From: the human T2T-CHM13v2.0 reference genome, Homo sapiens
Reading direction: 5' to 3' (one strand)
NCBI RefSeq assembly: GCF_009914755.1
Contig: NC_060947.1
Length of the DNA: 64,000 nucleotides
The notes under the pieces: model-generated
Databases searched by the model: none
What the model was told of the DNA's origin: nothing
Seen by the model: only the letters and a program-made list of their open reading frames with translations
Part shown: positions 38,612 through 52,505 of the stretch, in pieces
Layout: every line of letters starts with the position of its first letter
Numbering within the stretch: position 1 is the stretch's first letter
Program-made: the position numbers and the translations under genes

Positions 38612-39484
38612 TTATACATATTATATAAAATATATATTATATAATATATATTACATATTATATAAAATATATATTATATAATATATATTACATATTATAT
38701 ATTATATATATTACATATTACATATTATATATTATATATTATATATATTATATATTATATATTATATATTATATATATTATATATTATATTATATAATAT
38801 ATATTATATATTATATATTATATATTATATATTATATTATATATTATATATTGTATATTATATATTATATATTATATATTGTATATTATATATTATATAT
38901 ATTATATATTATATATTATATATATTATATATTATATATATATTATATATTATATATTATATATTATATATTATATATATTATATATTATATAATATATA
39001 TATTATATATAATATATAATATATATTATATAATATATATATAATATATATTATATATAATATATAATATATATAATATATATAATATATAATATATAAT
39101 ATATAATATATAATATATATATTATATATATAATATATAATATATAATATATATATTATATATTATATATATAATATATAATATATATATTATATATTAT
39201 ATATATAATATATAATATATAATATATATATTATATATATAATATATAATATATATATTATATATATAATATATAATATATAATATATAATATATATATT
39301 ATATATATAATATATAATATATATTATATATTATATATTATATATATAATATATATAATATATAATATATAATACATATTATATATTATATATAATATAT
39401 ATAATATATAATATATTATATATTATATATTATATATAATATATATAATATATAATATATATTATATATTATATATTATATATA
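38612..39484. repeat. About 870-bp almost pure A/T low-complexity array followed by (GA)n
   Basis: Only a handful of C/G bases; TATATTA-type units on the left, TAATATA-type units on the right. Confidence 0.97.
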
Positions 39485-40211
39485 GAGAGAGAGAGAGATG
39501 GCCTAAATATATTGGTATATGATACTGTGTGTACCTGAAATCTACATATTTATGGATTATAAATTGACGAGAGTAACGCTAAATAAGTGATGGCAGAAAG
39601 TTGTTGAATGGTGCTGCCAAGAAAGCCAATGGAAAATCTGTCTTCATATCAAGCTCATATTGTAAGTAACATCTCCCATCAAAGGATTATAAAAATTGTC
39701 TCTAATTGCTGGACTCCAGATAACTCTGGTCCCACAGAGAGCAATGGAGACACCAAAAAGGCCAAATATAATTATATAATATTCTATTTTGAAATACAGA
39801 AGTTCAGTGACATAATTCTACAGATGGAGTTAAATCTTTTATATCATTGAAAAAAAACTTAAAATAGCAATGTATTATGAGCCAGTACAAAAGCAAAACT
39901 CAGACTTATAAATAAGATACCTGAAATTCTTATTACTGAGTATAAGTGGGACAGGAGCAATGGAGAACAGAGAATGGGTCCCATATGAAACCGTAGCTTT
40001 TCCCCTGACCATACGCCTCAAGGGTTCTTAGCAATCTCTTACTGAGGAAGAGTCAGTAGATAAGAATGAAAACCATGTCTACTATGGTTGTCATTTCAAA
40101 ACATGCCACTAACCATTTTCAACTGATATTTTTGTCATCTCCATAAAGTCCTGAGTAAAATGCCCATTTCACTGCCATTAAATATTGCTACTTAAATTTT
40201 TCAGATCCTAC

Positions 40212-40288
40212 CTTATTATTACAGTTGAGATTCTGGTGCCCATAGACGCCAACTCTTATGGATTTTCTCTTATCCAGGATGAGACAAT
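40212..40288 (-). other. Candidate internal exon (77 nt)
   Basis: Minus strand: ctaat branch-like motif, ttgtttttgataatcAG acceptor, AAG/GTAGGA donor. Confidence 0.2.
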
Positions 40289-40599
40289 CTGATTATCAAA
40301 AACAATAATAAGTTCATTAGACTGATATTCATCAAATATATAAACATCTTTGAGTTCATCATAACACTAAGATAATCATAGGACACCATTGGAGATTACT
40401 GGACACCAACTCATTACTATGAAAATTGACAGATCGAGATAAAGAAGCAAGCACACACCTTGCCTTTTTATACAAATTCTATGGCAGAGTATCCGAATGG
40501 TTGAGGAGGGACTTTTAATTAATAGAAAGATTTGAGCTAATAAAGGCAAAATGAAAGATGGTATTAGGAAAAAATGATTTTGCAGCCCCAAATATTATC

Positions 40600-41372
40600 A
40601 TGGATTAAGTCATAATCATCATGGTTGCTAAAACTATGAGGCAAAATATTGATGAGAGCTTAATGATGGATGAATCAAGTTGATACACCTGAAGGCATTG
40701 CTCAATCTTGACATCAATAAAAATGGGACAACCAGATACTAAATATCTTGAGATTTGTTGAACAGAAACTATGCAGAACCACCTAGGAAGTATTTTTACA
40801 CAAAATACTATTTAAGTTGTATATAATCGTGCCTTCAGATCTAACTCAAGTTTGCTGGAAATACAGGTTAAACACAACAAAATCATACCAGCCAAATCCG
40901 AATGTGAGTCGTTTTACAGGACAAAGGGCGTATTTTCTATAACAAATTAATTGCATGATAAATGGGGATTTGGGAATTATTTTAGAGAAAATGAGACGAG
41001 ATAAATCAGTCAAATGCAAACCACCTGTAAAGAGACAGTTTGAGACATCCATGGGAATCTAAACATGGACTAAATTTTAGATGATATTAAATAAGTATTG
41101 ATTTTGTTAGATGTGATCATGACATAATGGATATGACAAAAATGTCTTTATAAGATAAAGATGCACACAGAAATATTTATGTTATATAACATGATGAAGA
41201 GAATTTAATTTAAGATACTCCAACAAAAGAAGCACGTATACTAGGTGACACAACAAAGCAAAATGTTGGTGACTGTTGAGGTTGAGTAATAAGTACATAG
41301 GAGTCTATTACAGTAATATTACTTATTTCACATTTGTGTTGTTTGACAATTTTGAGGACAAAGATTTAAAAG
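40600..41372 (+). mobile_element. Old L1 (L1MC4/L1ME-like) 3' region
   Basis: aatgggacaaccagatac, ttagatgatattaaataa, gtaataagtacataggagtctattac. Confidence 0.55.
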
Positions 41373-41971
41373 ATGCTGGTGCCCAGACTGGCAAAACCAA
41401 GTAAGTTACACTCAACTCAATATAGAGGGCTAACATAATAAAACTGGTTTTGGAATAGATGACATTACATGCTATACATGTATACAACAAAGTATGCTAT
41501 TTTTCATTTGAAATTACCTAGTATTTTGGCTCAATTTCCTAATCATTAATTACTAAGTAGGTAGTAATTAAGGCTTGCATTTTATAAAGTCATTTTCTGC
41601 TTCCCCATTATAAAGAAATGAATCTGTGTTTCATTCCATGTGTGGACATTCATGTTAATGAAATTATCAATATCTGTTTCAATATAAAGACAAGAACTGT
41701 TGATTATTAAGATGTCAGAGGCAGGTCAATGCAGTGAAAGATTATGTTTGTGCAGACATACATGTTTTCATTACCAAAACCTAAATGTGTAAGAAATATT
41801 AATAATATTTGCAGACAATGGCATAGTAGAGAAAGGGTAGTGATAATATGGAGCTCAAGAGAGATGCAGTTCTTAAGATGGGAAGATATTCCAAATGCCA
41901 AGACTAGTATCTCTTTAAGAGTAATACAACTTTGTACTGAGATAATAGATACATTTTATTTTCTTCTTTGA

Positions 41972-42325
<354 letters not shown>

Positions 42326-43203
42326 TGAAATAAAAGTTAATCATAAGAAAATAAATACAACAATATGTGGCAAGATGTATGACAACTGGATGACATTTTG
42401 TGAATGTGAATTGAGTTGATGTATACCTGAAATACAAAAAAAAAAGGCAATAAAGATCAGAAAAAGATCAAGACACCAAGGCTTGTAAAAGTTTTGTTCT
42501 TAAGAAATATTAACAAATGAGATAATATAGCTACAGACAATCTTTCTGGAAGGGAGTAAGACAGCTTTTTTTGTTGAGATTGTATTACGAATCAGGTTAT
42601 GTGCAAAAAACATAAATTTAGAGACCTTTGTCCTGTTTTCGTTAACTGCACCATCCCTAGGATTTAGAAGTATCTGCTGCATAGTTGGTCCTTAAATAAT
42701 CATTGAAAAAAGAAATAAATGTATTTTCTCTGTCTCAGCAATGCTAGAAAGATTTGATAACTCTCCCAAGGTCACACAGCCAATGCAAACTGGAGCCAGA
42801 AGTATTTGAGTCTAAAACGTGTGCACTGTATACACAAGTTCACTGGAACTATATGTCTTGCGATATTATTTGTAGATAGGTTGCCAGTGAGATGAAGATA
42901 TACCAGTAGGTATCGTTGAGAAAGAACTGATCTATTATACAATGCAACCAATAAACACTATAAAAGTTACGTTTACTCTTGCATATTGCAGCATGTTATA
43001 AGATTGTATGGAAACGGAGAATGTTAAAGTTGTGATAGTAAGCATAACCAAAGAGAGCTGTAAACAGAAGATCTAGAAAAAAAAATCGATGTAACTTGAT
43101 TCTGTAGGTGCGCTAAATTGTGTAATACAAATTTTAAGACTCGAAAAACTTCAGAGAAGGAATAAGATTCCACAATGCTGAAGGAACTGACCTTTAAAGG
43201 TTC

Positions 43204-43258
43204 TGTTATTTACTGTCAGTAATAACAGCCCTTCCGTTATTACTGACAGTAAATAACA
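43204..43258. repeat. Perfect inverted repeat: 23-bp arms, 9-nt spacer
   Basis: tgttatttactgtcagtaataac - agcccttcc - gttattactgacagtaaataaca. Confidence 0.97.
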
Positions 43259-45204
43259 AAATGAAATTCCTGGTGAAGAGAACAAAATGAGTACATGTTG
43301 GAGGGCTGATAAAAGAATATTTGATTCTATTCTATCATCTTAGGGAATTTCTTATCACATCAATTTTCTCACGTCAAAAGAAATGGTTATGAGTACAGTA
43401 GACACATTTTTATTGGCTGAACCCTACACCAAACCTGTTGTTTTCTGAAAATGTCCCCTTCCCCACCTCCTCCCCACTCCTTTTTCTAATGTACAAGGTT
43501 AAAGAGACAGCAGCTAATAATAATAATAATAATAATAAGAGACAGCAGCGATGTTTCCCCAATATCTCCCCATCCTTTCTTGCCACAATTTTTGGCCAAA
43601 ATTGGGCATCTGAAAAACAAAAATGAAAACCCATTCTCCCTGAATTTTAACTTGTATTACAAAATTTCAGTCTCAGTATGTTTGAACTCTGGAAGAAAGG
43701 AGATATAAAACACAAGAGTTTGGCAAAAAAGAGAGAGCTGGTATACATCAAGGAAAGGAATCAAGCCAACACAAAAAGTAGCAAAGGTGAGAGAAAGAGA
43801 GAATAGCTGGTTCCATAAGATGTCCCAAAATCCTTACAATAAATCTTTTCTCCTTTTCTTATCCAGCTAAAACAGAACTTAGTTATCTACAACAAAAGTT
43901 CTATGGAATACAATTAGAAAACATTTAAAGTTATTTTAGGGTTTTCTATTCTCGAATTGTGTAAGTTATTATGGTATAATTATGTAGCAGTATGCTTATA
44001 AAACGGATGCAAGTGTTGTTTGAATTTAAGCCCTAGGAGGATACAGATTCTTATTTTGTTCACTGGTGCATCCTAAGTGCCTAGAACAATGAGTTCCTGG
44101 TACACAGTAGGTGCCCAATATGTGCTGAATGAAAATAAAGGCGTAGAGAAAACCAGCGAGCCATCCATTTTCATATGTCATTAAAGAGAGATTATAGATA
44201 ACTGAAAAGGAAGACCTGAATATAAATGTTATCTAGAAAGAACTAGGGCGTTCATGATGAATTAGCAATATAACAAAAGTCAGGTTTCAGAAAAAAATAT
44301 TTCAAAGAATTTTCATTGATTTTAAGATAAATAGAAAAATCTTTGGAACTGACTATAAAAGCCCGCTTGAACTGGCACCTCACCACATCATCTACAAATC
44401 TCTCAGCAAGCTCTCTTTGAAGTCAATACTTAAGCCACTCAGGCTTTCTCTCATTTAAAAAAAACATATGCCAGGTGCACTTACACCACACAAAACCGTG
44501 TATGGTCTTCCCCCTACCTGGGAAAATATTTCATCCCCTTCTCCCTTTATTAACCCCTACTCATTCTTCATATTTTAGCTTGATTTTTACTCCTTCAAAT
44601 ATTTGCCTTGTCATCATTGGGGTTGAAACTGTATATTTGTTCATAATTGTTTTAAATGACATTCATCCTTCCCACTAGACTATATGTGGCAGGGGCTGAG
44701 CTTACTTTTACACACCAGAATATCCTCTGCTTTTAGAAAAATACCTAGCACACAGAAGCTGCTCAGTAATAACTCTTGAATTAATTAATGAGTGAATGAC
44801 TAGACACAGTTCTGGCAGTTATATTGAAGATTAGAAAAAAAAAACTGTAAGACTGTGGTGCCATATGAGAGATATTGTTAATAACTGGTATGAAGGCATA
44901 ACCTTCTAGACCAGAATTATGGCAGTAGAAAGGGGAGAAAGCTCACTGTGGGGCTATTTTTATTAGCTATTTTTTTTAACCACAAAACAATAGGTGTTTA
45001 CTATAAAAACCTCAAACGTTTATCTGAGAAGCATAAAATATAAAAAAGTAAAAATTCTCAATCCTAGATCCATTTAATCCCACGTCCCCTGTATAGTCAC
45101 TGTTAACAGTTTTCTTTCTCACCAGAAAAAAATGTAAATATGTTTATGCACAAACATGTATGTTTTCTTCTCTTTGTATACACAAATAATATTGTACAAA
45201 ATAT

Positions 45205-46070
45205 CTCCTTTTGCCCCTATATATCCATTTTCCATCCTTCTCCACCCTGCTCTTTTTCTAGGCAGATTGCACTATATGGATTATATCGCTCATGGTCTCT
45301 TGCTCTCTGGCTTGGACTTAGGTGTGGCCAATGAGAAGTCCTAACATGAGATTAGATGGAGGGAGGCGAGATACATAGGGACAGTTAGCTCCCTGTTCCC
45401 TCCTTTTAAGGGTGCTTTGTACTTATTTTGTTCTTTCATTATGGAAACTGCTTCTCTCTAGACAAACTGTCCTAAATGATTTATTCTCCTTCCCAATCTT
45501 ACTACCTTTTCTCTTTTCTCATCGCTGTAGACCTACCAGTGTCTACAGCTCAGATGTTGCCAGATGTAGGTTCCTGTGCTATTCTTTGTGGTTTAACCTA
45601 TGCTATGGTCTGAATGTGTCCCTCCAAAATTCATGTTGAAACCTAATCTCCATTGTGGTGTTATCATGAGGTGGGGCCTTTCTGGGAAGTGATTAACTCA
45701 TAAGGACTCTGCTCTCATGCATGGGATTAGTGTCCTTACAAAAGAGATTAAAGGACCTGCCTTGCCCCACTTACCATGTGAGAAGGCAGCAACAAGGCAT
45801 CATCTGTGGAGCAGAGAGTGAGCCCTCACCACACACTAAATCTGCTGGCACCTTGATGTTGGAATTTTTAGCCTCCAGAACTGTGAGTAATATTTTCTGC
45901 TGTTTTTAAATTTGCCAGTCTATGGTATTTTTGTTATAGCAGTCCAAACAGACTGAGACACTCAATGAACCACCAACATTTTTGAAAATAACTGCTTTAA
46001 AAATAAACCTTCTTTACATTATCCTAATTTTGGTGGATCATCAATTTCCTGCTTGGAGCTGATTGATGTA
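45205..46070 (+). mobile_element. LTR33-like ERVL LTR interrupted by MLT1A0
   Basis: ccttctccaccctgctct...ttgctctctggcttggacttaggtgtggccaatgag. Confidence 0.55.
45601..45960 (+). mobile_element. MLT1A0-like MaLR LTR
   Basis: tgctatggtctgaatgtgtccctccaaaattcatgttgaaacctaa...gttatagcagtccaaacagactgagaca. Confidence 0.88.
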
Positions 46071-46438
46071 GATACAGTGTTTGTGCTCTATGCAGTGTAG
46101 TGTTTTTGATTTTTCCACTTGCAACATTTCACTAAAGTTATAATGGAATTTTTTTACATTTTAATATATCTGTATTTCAGATACATGTTATAATTAATGT
46201 TCTATCACAGCTTAATTCTTAGTGTTTTGTTTCTCCCTTAGTGATACAAAAAATAGCGATGCCTCTTAAATTTGGTGAAATACAGTAATATATCTTTGAC
46301 CTCTGTGTATATCAGTATAAAAAGATAGAATTCAGGACAACTAAAGGGAAAAATTATTTGCTGGGTCTCCTAAGAGAGGACAGAAATATGAACATGGATT
46401 TAAATTTAGATACCTGGGAGACCTGTGGTATCACTGGC

Positions 46439-46841
46439 TGATATGGCTTGGATCTGCATTCCCACCCAAATCTCGTTGAATTGTGATCCCCAATGTTGGA
46501 GGTGGGGCCTGGCTTAAGGTATCTATATCATGTAGGAGAGGGGTCCCCTCGGTGCTGTTCTCATGTTGGTGAGTGAGTTCTCAGAAGATCTGGTTGCTTA
46601 AAAAGTTTGTAGCACCTCCCCATCTCTTCCTCCTGCTCCAGCCAAGTAAGACGTGCCTGCTTCACTTTTGCCTTCCACCATGATTGTACATTTCTGGAGG
46701 CCTCCCCAGAAGCCAAGCAGATGGCCACCATCATGCTTCTTGTGCAGCCTGTGGAATCATGGAGCCAATTAAATATTTTTTCTTTATAAATCACCCAGTT
46801 TCAGGTATTTATTTATAGCAATGTGAGAATAGCCTAATACA
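46439..46841 (+). mobile_element. MSTA-like MaLR LTR
   Basis: tgatatggcttggatctg...cccacccaaatctc...ttatagcaatgtgagaatagcctaataca. Confidence 0.9.
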
Positions 46842-47019
46842 CTTAAAGAATCAGTGCTGAGCAGGAAAAGATAATTTACTGAGAAGGTAATACTAAGTTT
46901 ATAAAAGTCCACTGGCTATTTCTCTTTTCTCATCACTGTATTATAAGGTTTAGGTTAGAAGACTTAACCAAGAATTGTTACATGCTTTTGAGAAAAAGCC
47001 ATTGTCCTTGGTGCATACT

Positions 47020-47880
47020 TGATTTAGTCTGCTCAGACTGCCATGACAAAATGACATAGACTGGGATGGGTTAAACGATACGAATTTTGTTTCTGAAGCT
47101 CTGGAGGCTGGAAGTCTGAGATCAAGGTGCCAGCATAGTCAGGTTCAGGTGAGGGATGAACTGCCTTCCTGGACTGCAGATAGATGCCTTCTCACCACGT
47201 GTTCACATGATAGTCCTCCTTTTGTGCAGCTCTCTTGGATTAGGACCCCTCCCTTATGACTTCGTCCAAACTTCATTCTCTCCCAAAAGTTCCACCTCCA
47301 AATACCATCACATTGGGTGTTAGGGCCTCAACATATATGACTTTGGGGTAGGACCCAATTCAGTCCACAGCATTCTACTCCAGACCCCCAAAATCAATGT
47401 CCTTTGTGAATGCAAAACACATTCATTCTATTTCAATATCCCCAAGAGTATTAACTGATTCCAGCATCAAGTCTAAAGTCTAAATTCCAAAGTCTCATCT
47501 GAATGTCACTTAAATCAGATATGAGTGAGACTCAAGGTATAGTTCACACTGAGGCAAAATTCTCTACCTATAAATCTGTGCAACCCGACAAGTTTTGTGC
47601 TTCCAAAACACAATGGTGGGACAAGCACAGAATAGACATTCCTATTTTAAAAGGGAGAAATTAGAAGGAAGAAAGGGGTAACTGATCCCAAGCAAGTCTA
47701 AATGTAGCAAGTTAATTTCCTTTAGGTCTTTAGGATTAAGACAATTCTCTTTGGCTACATGTCTTGTGCCTTCCAGGTTCATTGGGATGGCAGCATCACC
47801 TCCACCCCTTTAGGTGTGGGTTCCTTTTCAGGGCTTCTGCCAGGCCAGAATCCTGTCAGGTAGTCCCATTCTCAAGGTTC
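47020..47880 (-). mobile_element. MLT1 LTR plus adjacent MLT1-int sequence
   Basis: ctggaggctggaagtctgagatcaaggtgccagc LTR to ~47372, then MaLR internal motifs ccaaagtctcatctg and caatggtgggacaagcacagaatagacattcc. Confidence 0.75.
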
Positions 47881-48689
47881 CATGTGCTAGCCCTAGCTTT
47901 TTAACGTGGAAGTATTTTGGCACAGCTGCAAAAAAAAAAAAAATGTAGCTTTCAAAAATACCAAATAATCTGTAAACTAGACGACATCAACCAATTTCTG
48001 ATACTTATATTGTCCTCTGTCTCCAAACTCAGGTGGGAAACAAGGATGGATAGAACACAAACATTAAGAAAAGAAAATATGTAGAACAAGAGTAAGCTAT
48101 GAGGGAGAGTAAGGGATTTCTGTTGACCACCTTGTCTAGTAATTCAAAAGTGATTTTGTAGTTTGAAATTTTGTGTCTTATCAAAATGGTTGTGAGAAAC
48201 AAGCATAATTAATTATTGTGGTTAGATCCTGGTTGACCACTTTACTCCCTCTCGGCCTAGCTTAAAGATTCACTTATTAAATCAACAGTTCAACAATTAT
48301 ATTTTCATATATTTTATGCGCTAAAAAAATTCTGAATTTTTTGATACAATCATAAATAAGAGAGGTGCTATCCTTATGGAGCTTAGACACTAGTAGGGAG
48401 TATAAACAAATGTACAAGAAACTATCATAAAGTCTGATGACGTTCCAATGGAAAATGGACCTATTTGTATGGGAACTCAGAGTGACATCGATCACAGAGT
48501 AATGTGTTGGCACGGGAGAGGATGGAGAGGGTGGGGGTTAATCAACAAAAGAGTGCAATGTTCTAGGCAGAGGGAACAGTGCATGCACAGGTTTTGAGTT
48601 CACAAAAAGAATGTGGAATTCTTGAGGAAATTAAAGATAATTGACTGATAAATCAATTACTGTATTAATTAATGGTACTCTTGGTCTAG

Positions 48690-49050
48690 AAGAGTGATTG
48701 TTAACTAGGGACGATTTTGGCTCTCAGCAGACATTTGGCAGTATCTGGAGCCATTTTTATTTATCTCAAGTGAGTGGGAGATGCTACTGGCATCTAATGA
48801 GTAGAGACCAGAGGTGCTGCTAAACATGCTACAATACACAGTACTGCCCCTCACAACAAAGAATTATTCAACCTGACAATTCCTGGACTGTCTTAACTAC
48901 TCCTGTTGTTGCTCAAGTTAGCAATGTTCTCATGCATTACAAAACTCTATTCCCAACCCAGATCAGCCTCTGAACCTCAGAGTAACATATATAATAGAAT
49001 AACATACACAACAAAATGCCAGCAGTGCCGAGAATGAGGAGCTCTGGGCT
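48690..49050. mobile_element. MER20 hAT element, split by a 139-bp insertion (48874-49012)
   Basis: gacatttggcagtatctggag...gatgctactggcatctaatgagtagag...cacaacaaagaattattcaacc | aaaatgccagcagtgccgag. Confidence 0.85.
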
Positions 49051-49539
49051 AGATCCTACCATATCCCAATAGTCACTTGTTACAAGCACAGATAATTATG
49101 TTATTAATGCTAAAATCATTTTTAAATGACTATCTTCTCTGAAACTCTATGAATTCATTGTTGTGTCCTCAGTGTCTAGCATAATTCTTCACACATAAGG
49201 CATACTCTGTAAGCCAAAAGTGAAATGAGATGTAGAAGAGTGCCATACCATGTAGGGTAATGTGTACAGGGACAGATTTAAAGGATGGCTTGGAAGAGGT
49301 GAAGCTTTTCCCTCAATAGGTTATTACTGCTTTTCCCAGTCTTCAATATTGAAATGATTTTATCAAAGTCTTAAAAAATGCTATGCAAAAACAATTTCAA
49401 GGTGGGACCACAAATCCCTGATTCTGAGCACATTACCACTATAATTCCCTCCTATAACTACAAAAGCATGTGTTCTCTACATAGAATTTCTGGAGGTGCC
49501 ACTGGTCTTTTCCTAAGGGGCTTAGAATTTTTCCTGGGG

Positions 49540-50330
49540 ACAGTGGGCAATAGCATGATCACACTATCTTTTTAGAACTCTGTTTATAGTGTTAAAATGG
49601 TTTGAAGGAGTTAAAGTGCAAGGGGAAGAGTTAGCAGACTTTGCCTTAATCCAACAAAAGACTGTGGAAGCCAAGACTAGGATAGAGGCAGTCAAGATGG
49701 AAAGAATTGAATATAATTCTAAATATATTTCAAAGAGAAAGGAGGAGGGGGAAGAAGGAGTCAAAAACTATTCCAGATTTTGTCCTAGGCAATTAGGTGG
49801 ATATGACAGGAGAGAAACCGAAAGAGGAGCAGGTTTGGAGGTGAAAATGATTTGTATTTCAAATATGTTGAGATTCAAGTCCATGAAAAACATCTGAATA
49901 GAGATACCTGATATCCTGTTGTGTATGTTACTCTGAAGTTCAGAGGCTGATCTGGATTATGAATACAATTTTGTTAATTCATGAGAACATTGCTAATGTC
50001 AGCACCAATGGGAGTGGTTAAGACCATCAAGCGGAGACAGAGGAGACCAAAGAAGAGTTTGGGACATAGTCTGCACCGTAAGGGGAAAATCAAGAGTGTG
50101 TGTGGTCACCCAAACCAAGGAAAGAAAGATTTTCAAAAATGAGAGAGTAATCAACTTTGTAATCTATGGGATGAGAAATGGGATTTGAATTTTTTGGTCA
50201 TTGGAGAAAATACCAAGAACACTCTCAGCACTCTCAGACAAATGATGAGCTACTCAGGAGTGGGTTGAGATGTGAATAGAAAGTGATAAAGTTGAACAGG
50301 TGTTTAAACTTCAAAGAGTTTCACTGTAAA
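49540..50330 (-). mobile_element. L2 fragment
   Basis: gaaggagtcaaaaactattccagattt, ggagcaggtttggagg, caaaccaaggaaagaaagattttcaa. Confidence 0.7.
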
Positions 50331-50817
50331 AGTGAGGAGCAAGATAGAGCCGTATGTTGAAAACAGATTTTTTTTTTTTTTAAGATGAGAGCTACTTGAG
50401 TATATTTACATGCTAGTAAAGGAAGCCTGGAAAGAGTCAATGGAGCTGGAGCATTCATAGTCAGCAAATGGAAATGGGACTCTTCAGACCAGGAGAGGCA
50501 GGGACTGGCAGCTGTGAGGCAGGCCCTAAATGAGAGGGCATCGCAGAAGGTATTTCAAATATTCTTCACTTTACCCCAACCTCTTACCTTATTACCTGCA
50601 CTTTCATCTAAACAGATGATACACTTTCCTGCCTAAAAAGGAAAAAAAAAAAAGGCTTTTCTAAGCTTATCACCTGAGCCAGAACATAAAAAGGAAAAGA
50701 TCTAGCTACAAAACAATTCCAAAAGTATGTGTGGAGAAGGTTGATGTCATAGTTAAAAGGAGAGCTTCAAAGGGAAACGGATCTGGTTTAGCACCATGTG
50801 TCTGTGACTGACCAATT

Positions 50818-51280
50818 ATATACACATGTGTACATATACACATATATGTATATACACATGTGTACATGTACACATATATGTATATATACACGTGTGTACA
50901 TGTACACATATATGTATATATACACGTGTGTACATGTACACATATATGTATATATACACGTGTGTACATGTACACATATATGTATATATACACGTGTGTA
51001 CATGTACACATATATGTATATATACACGTGTGTACATGTACACATATATGTATATATACACATGTGTACATGTACACATGTGTATATATACACACATATG
51101 TATATATACACACATGTATGAATATATACACACATATATGTTACAAGTGCAGATAATTATGTATATATATACATCCATATATACACATATATGTATATAG
51201 GTGTATATATACACATGTGTATATATAGGTGTATATATACATATATACATATATACACACACACACACACATATATATAT
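50818..51280. repeat. 34-bp purine/pyrimidine-alternating minisatellite grading into TA/CA low complexity
   Basis: Unit tacacgtgtgtacatgtacacatatatgtatata; CACGTG at 50889, 50923, 50957, 50991 and 51025. Confidence 0.95.
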
Positions 51281-51442
51281 TTCTTGTTGTTCTACCTGTA
51301 GACTAAATTGATTCGAAGAGTTTATAATGCCCAGAACACATATGTTTTAGAATTTAACTTTCTGTAGAGTTCAATATCTACATGCCTACTAAAACTAACA
51401 GGATATATAGAGAGAGTATATAGAGAGAGACAGAGAGAGAAA

Positions 51443-51487
<45 letters not shown>

Positions 51488-51635
51488 TTTTATAAATTGC
51501 TGAGTCTCCTCAATGAGTATATGTTAATTTTATAATTGGAAAATAAGATATATATATATAGAGAGAGAGACAGAGAATATATCTATATCTATATCTATAG
51601 ATATAGATATCAATATATATATTCTCTAGAGGGAC

Positions 51636-51671
51636 ATATATTCTGTCTCTCTAGAGACCCCTGACCAATAC
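51636..51671 (+). mobile_element. MLT2-type LTR 3' terminus remnant
   Basis: ttctgtctctctagagacccctgaccaataca; compare the MLT2A end at 7569-7600. Confidence 0.6.
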
Positions 51672-51849
51672 ATCATACAATTAATGTTACATAAAAAAAA
51701 AAATGTGAGATAGAAAAATGGACAGAGGCCAAAATAAGAACTATGATGGCCAGTGGATTTAGGAAAAATTATCTCTGACATTCATAAGCATGAATAAACC
51801 TTTATAAAAATATCTATGACAATCATTTCTATGACATTGAAAAGGTTTT

Positions 51850-52505
51850 AAGAAACAGTAATGCTTAGACTTGACAACGATACGGGGGAAATTAATACAC
51901 TCACACATTCACTTTTTGTTGGACCATAAATTAATGTAATATATCTGAATTGATATATCTGAAAAGAAATCTAATATGATTTCTCAGTCTTTAATTCAGG
52001 CCCTTTGACCCACAAATTCCACAAATTCCACTTCTAGGATTTTATCCTAAGGAAAAAAATCGTTCCCTAACCACACAATTGCACACAGATGTTGGAAAAA
52101 TGTTGTTTATCATAATTTGTGATAGAGTAAAAAGACAATCAACTTAACATCCTTCAATGGAGGATTGCTTAAACTAACCATAGTATATCCCTATTATAGA
52201 ATACTGTATAGCTATTACAAATGATGATGTAATACATCTATGGAAATGTTTATGATATATTGAAATGTAACAAAACCAAGTTATCAAATGTTTTTTTCAT
52301 ATTTATATCATATGAGCTGATTTTTCTAAAAGTAAAAGCACATTTGTGAGTGTGTTTATGTATATTTTTTAAAAGTTTGCAAGACCAGAACATTAATGGA
52401 GGATGGATCTAGGTGATGAGACTGTAAATTATCTTTTTTTTTTTAATAAACTGCTGAGTCTCCTTAATGAGTACATGTTAATTTTATAATCAGAAAATAA
52501 GATAT
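51850..52505 (+). mobile_element. L1ME-like 3' fragment
   Basis: aattccacttctaggattttatcctaagg, tagaatactgtatagctatt, atgagtacatgttaattttataatcagaaaa. Confidence 0.65.

Noticed and set aside
50706-51268. Long overlapping ORFs (98-150 aa) rich in Y/I/C/H/T/V/M
   Set aside because: Produced by the stop-free RY minisatellite on both strands; not a protein
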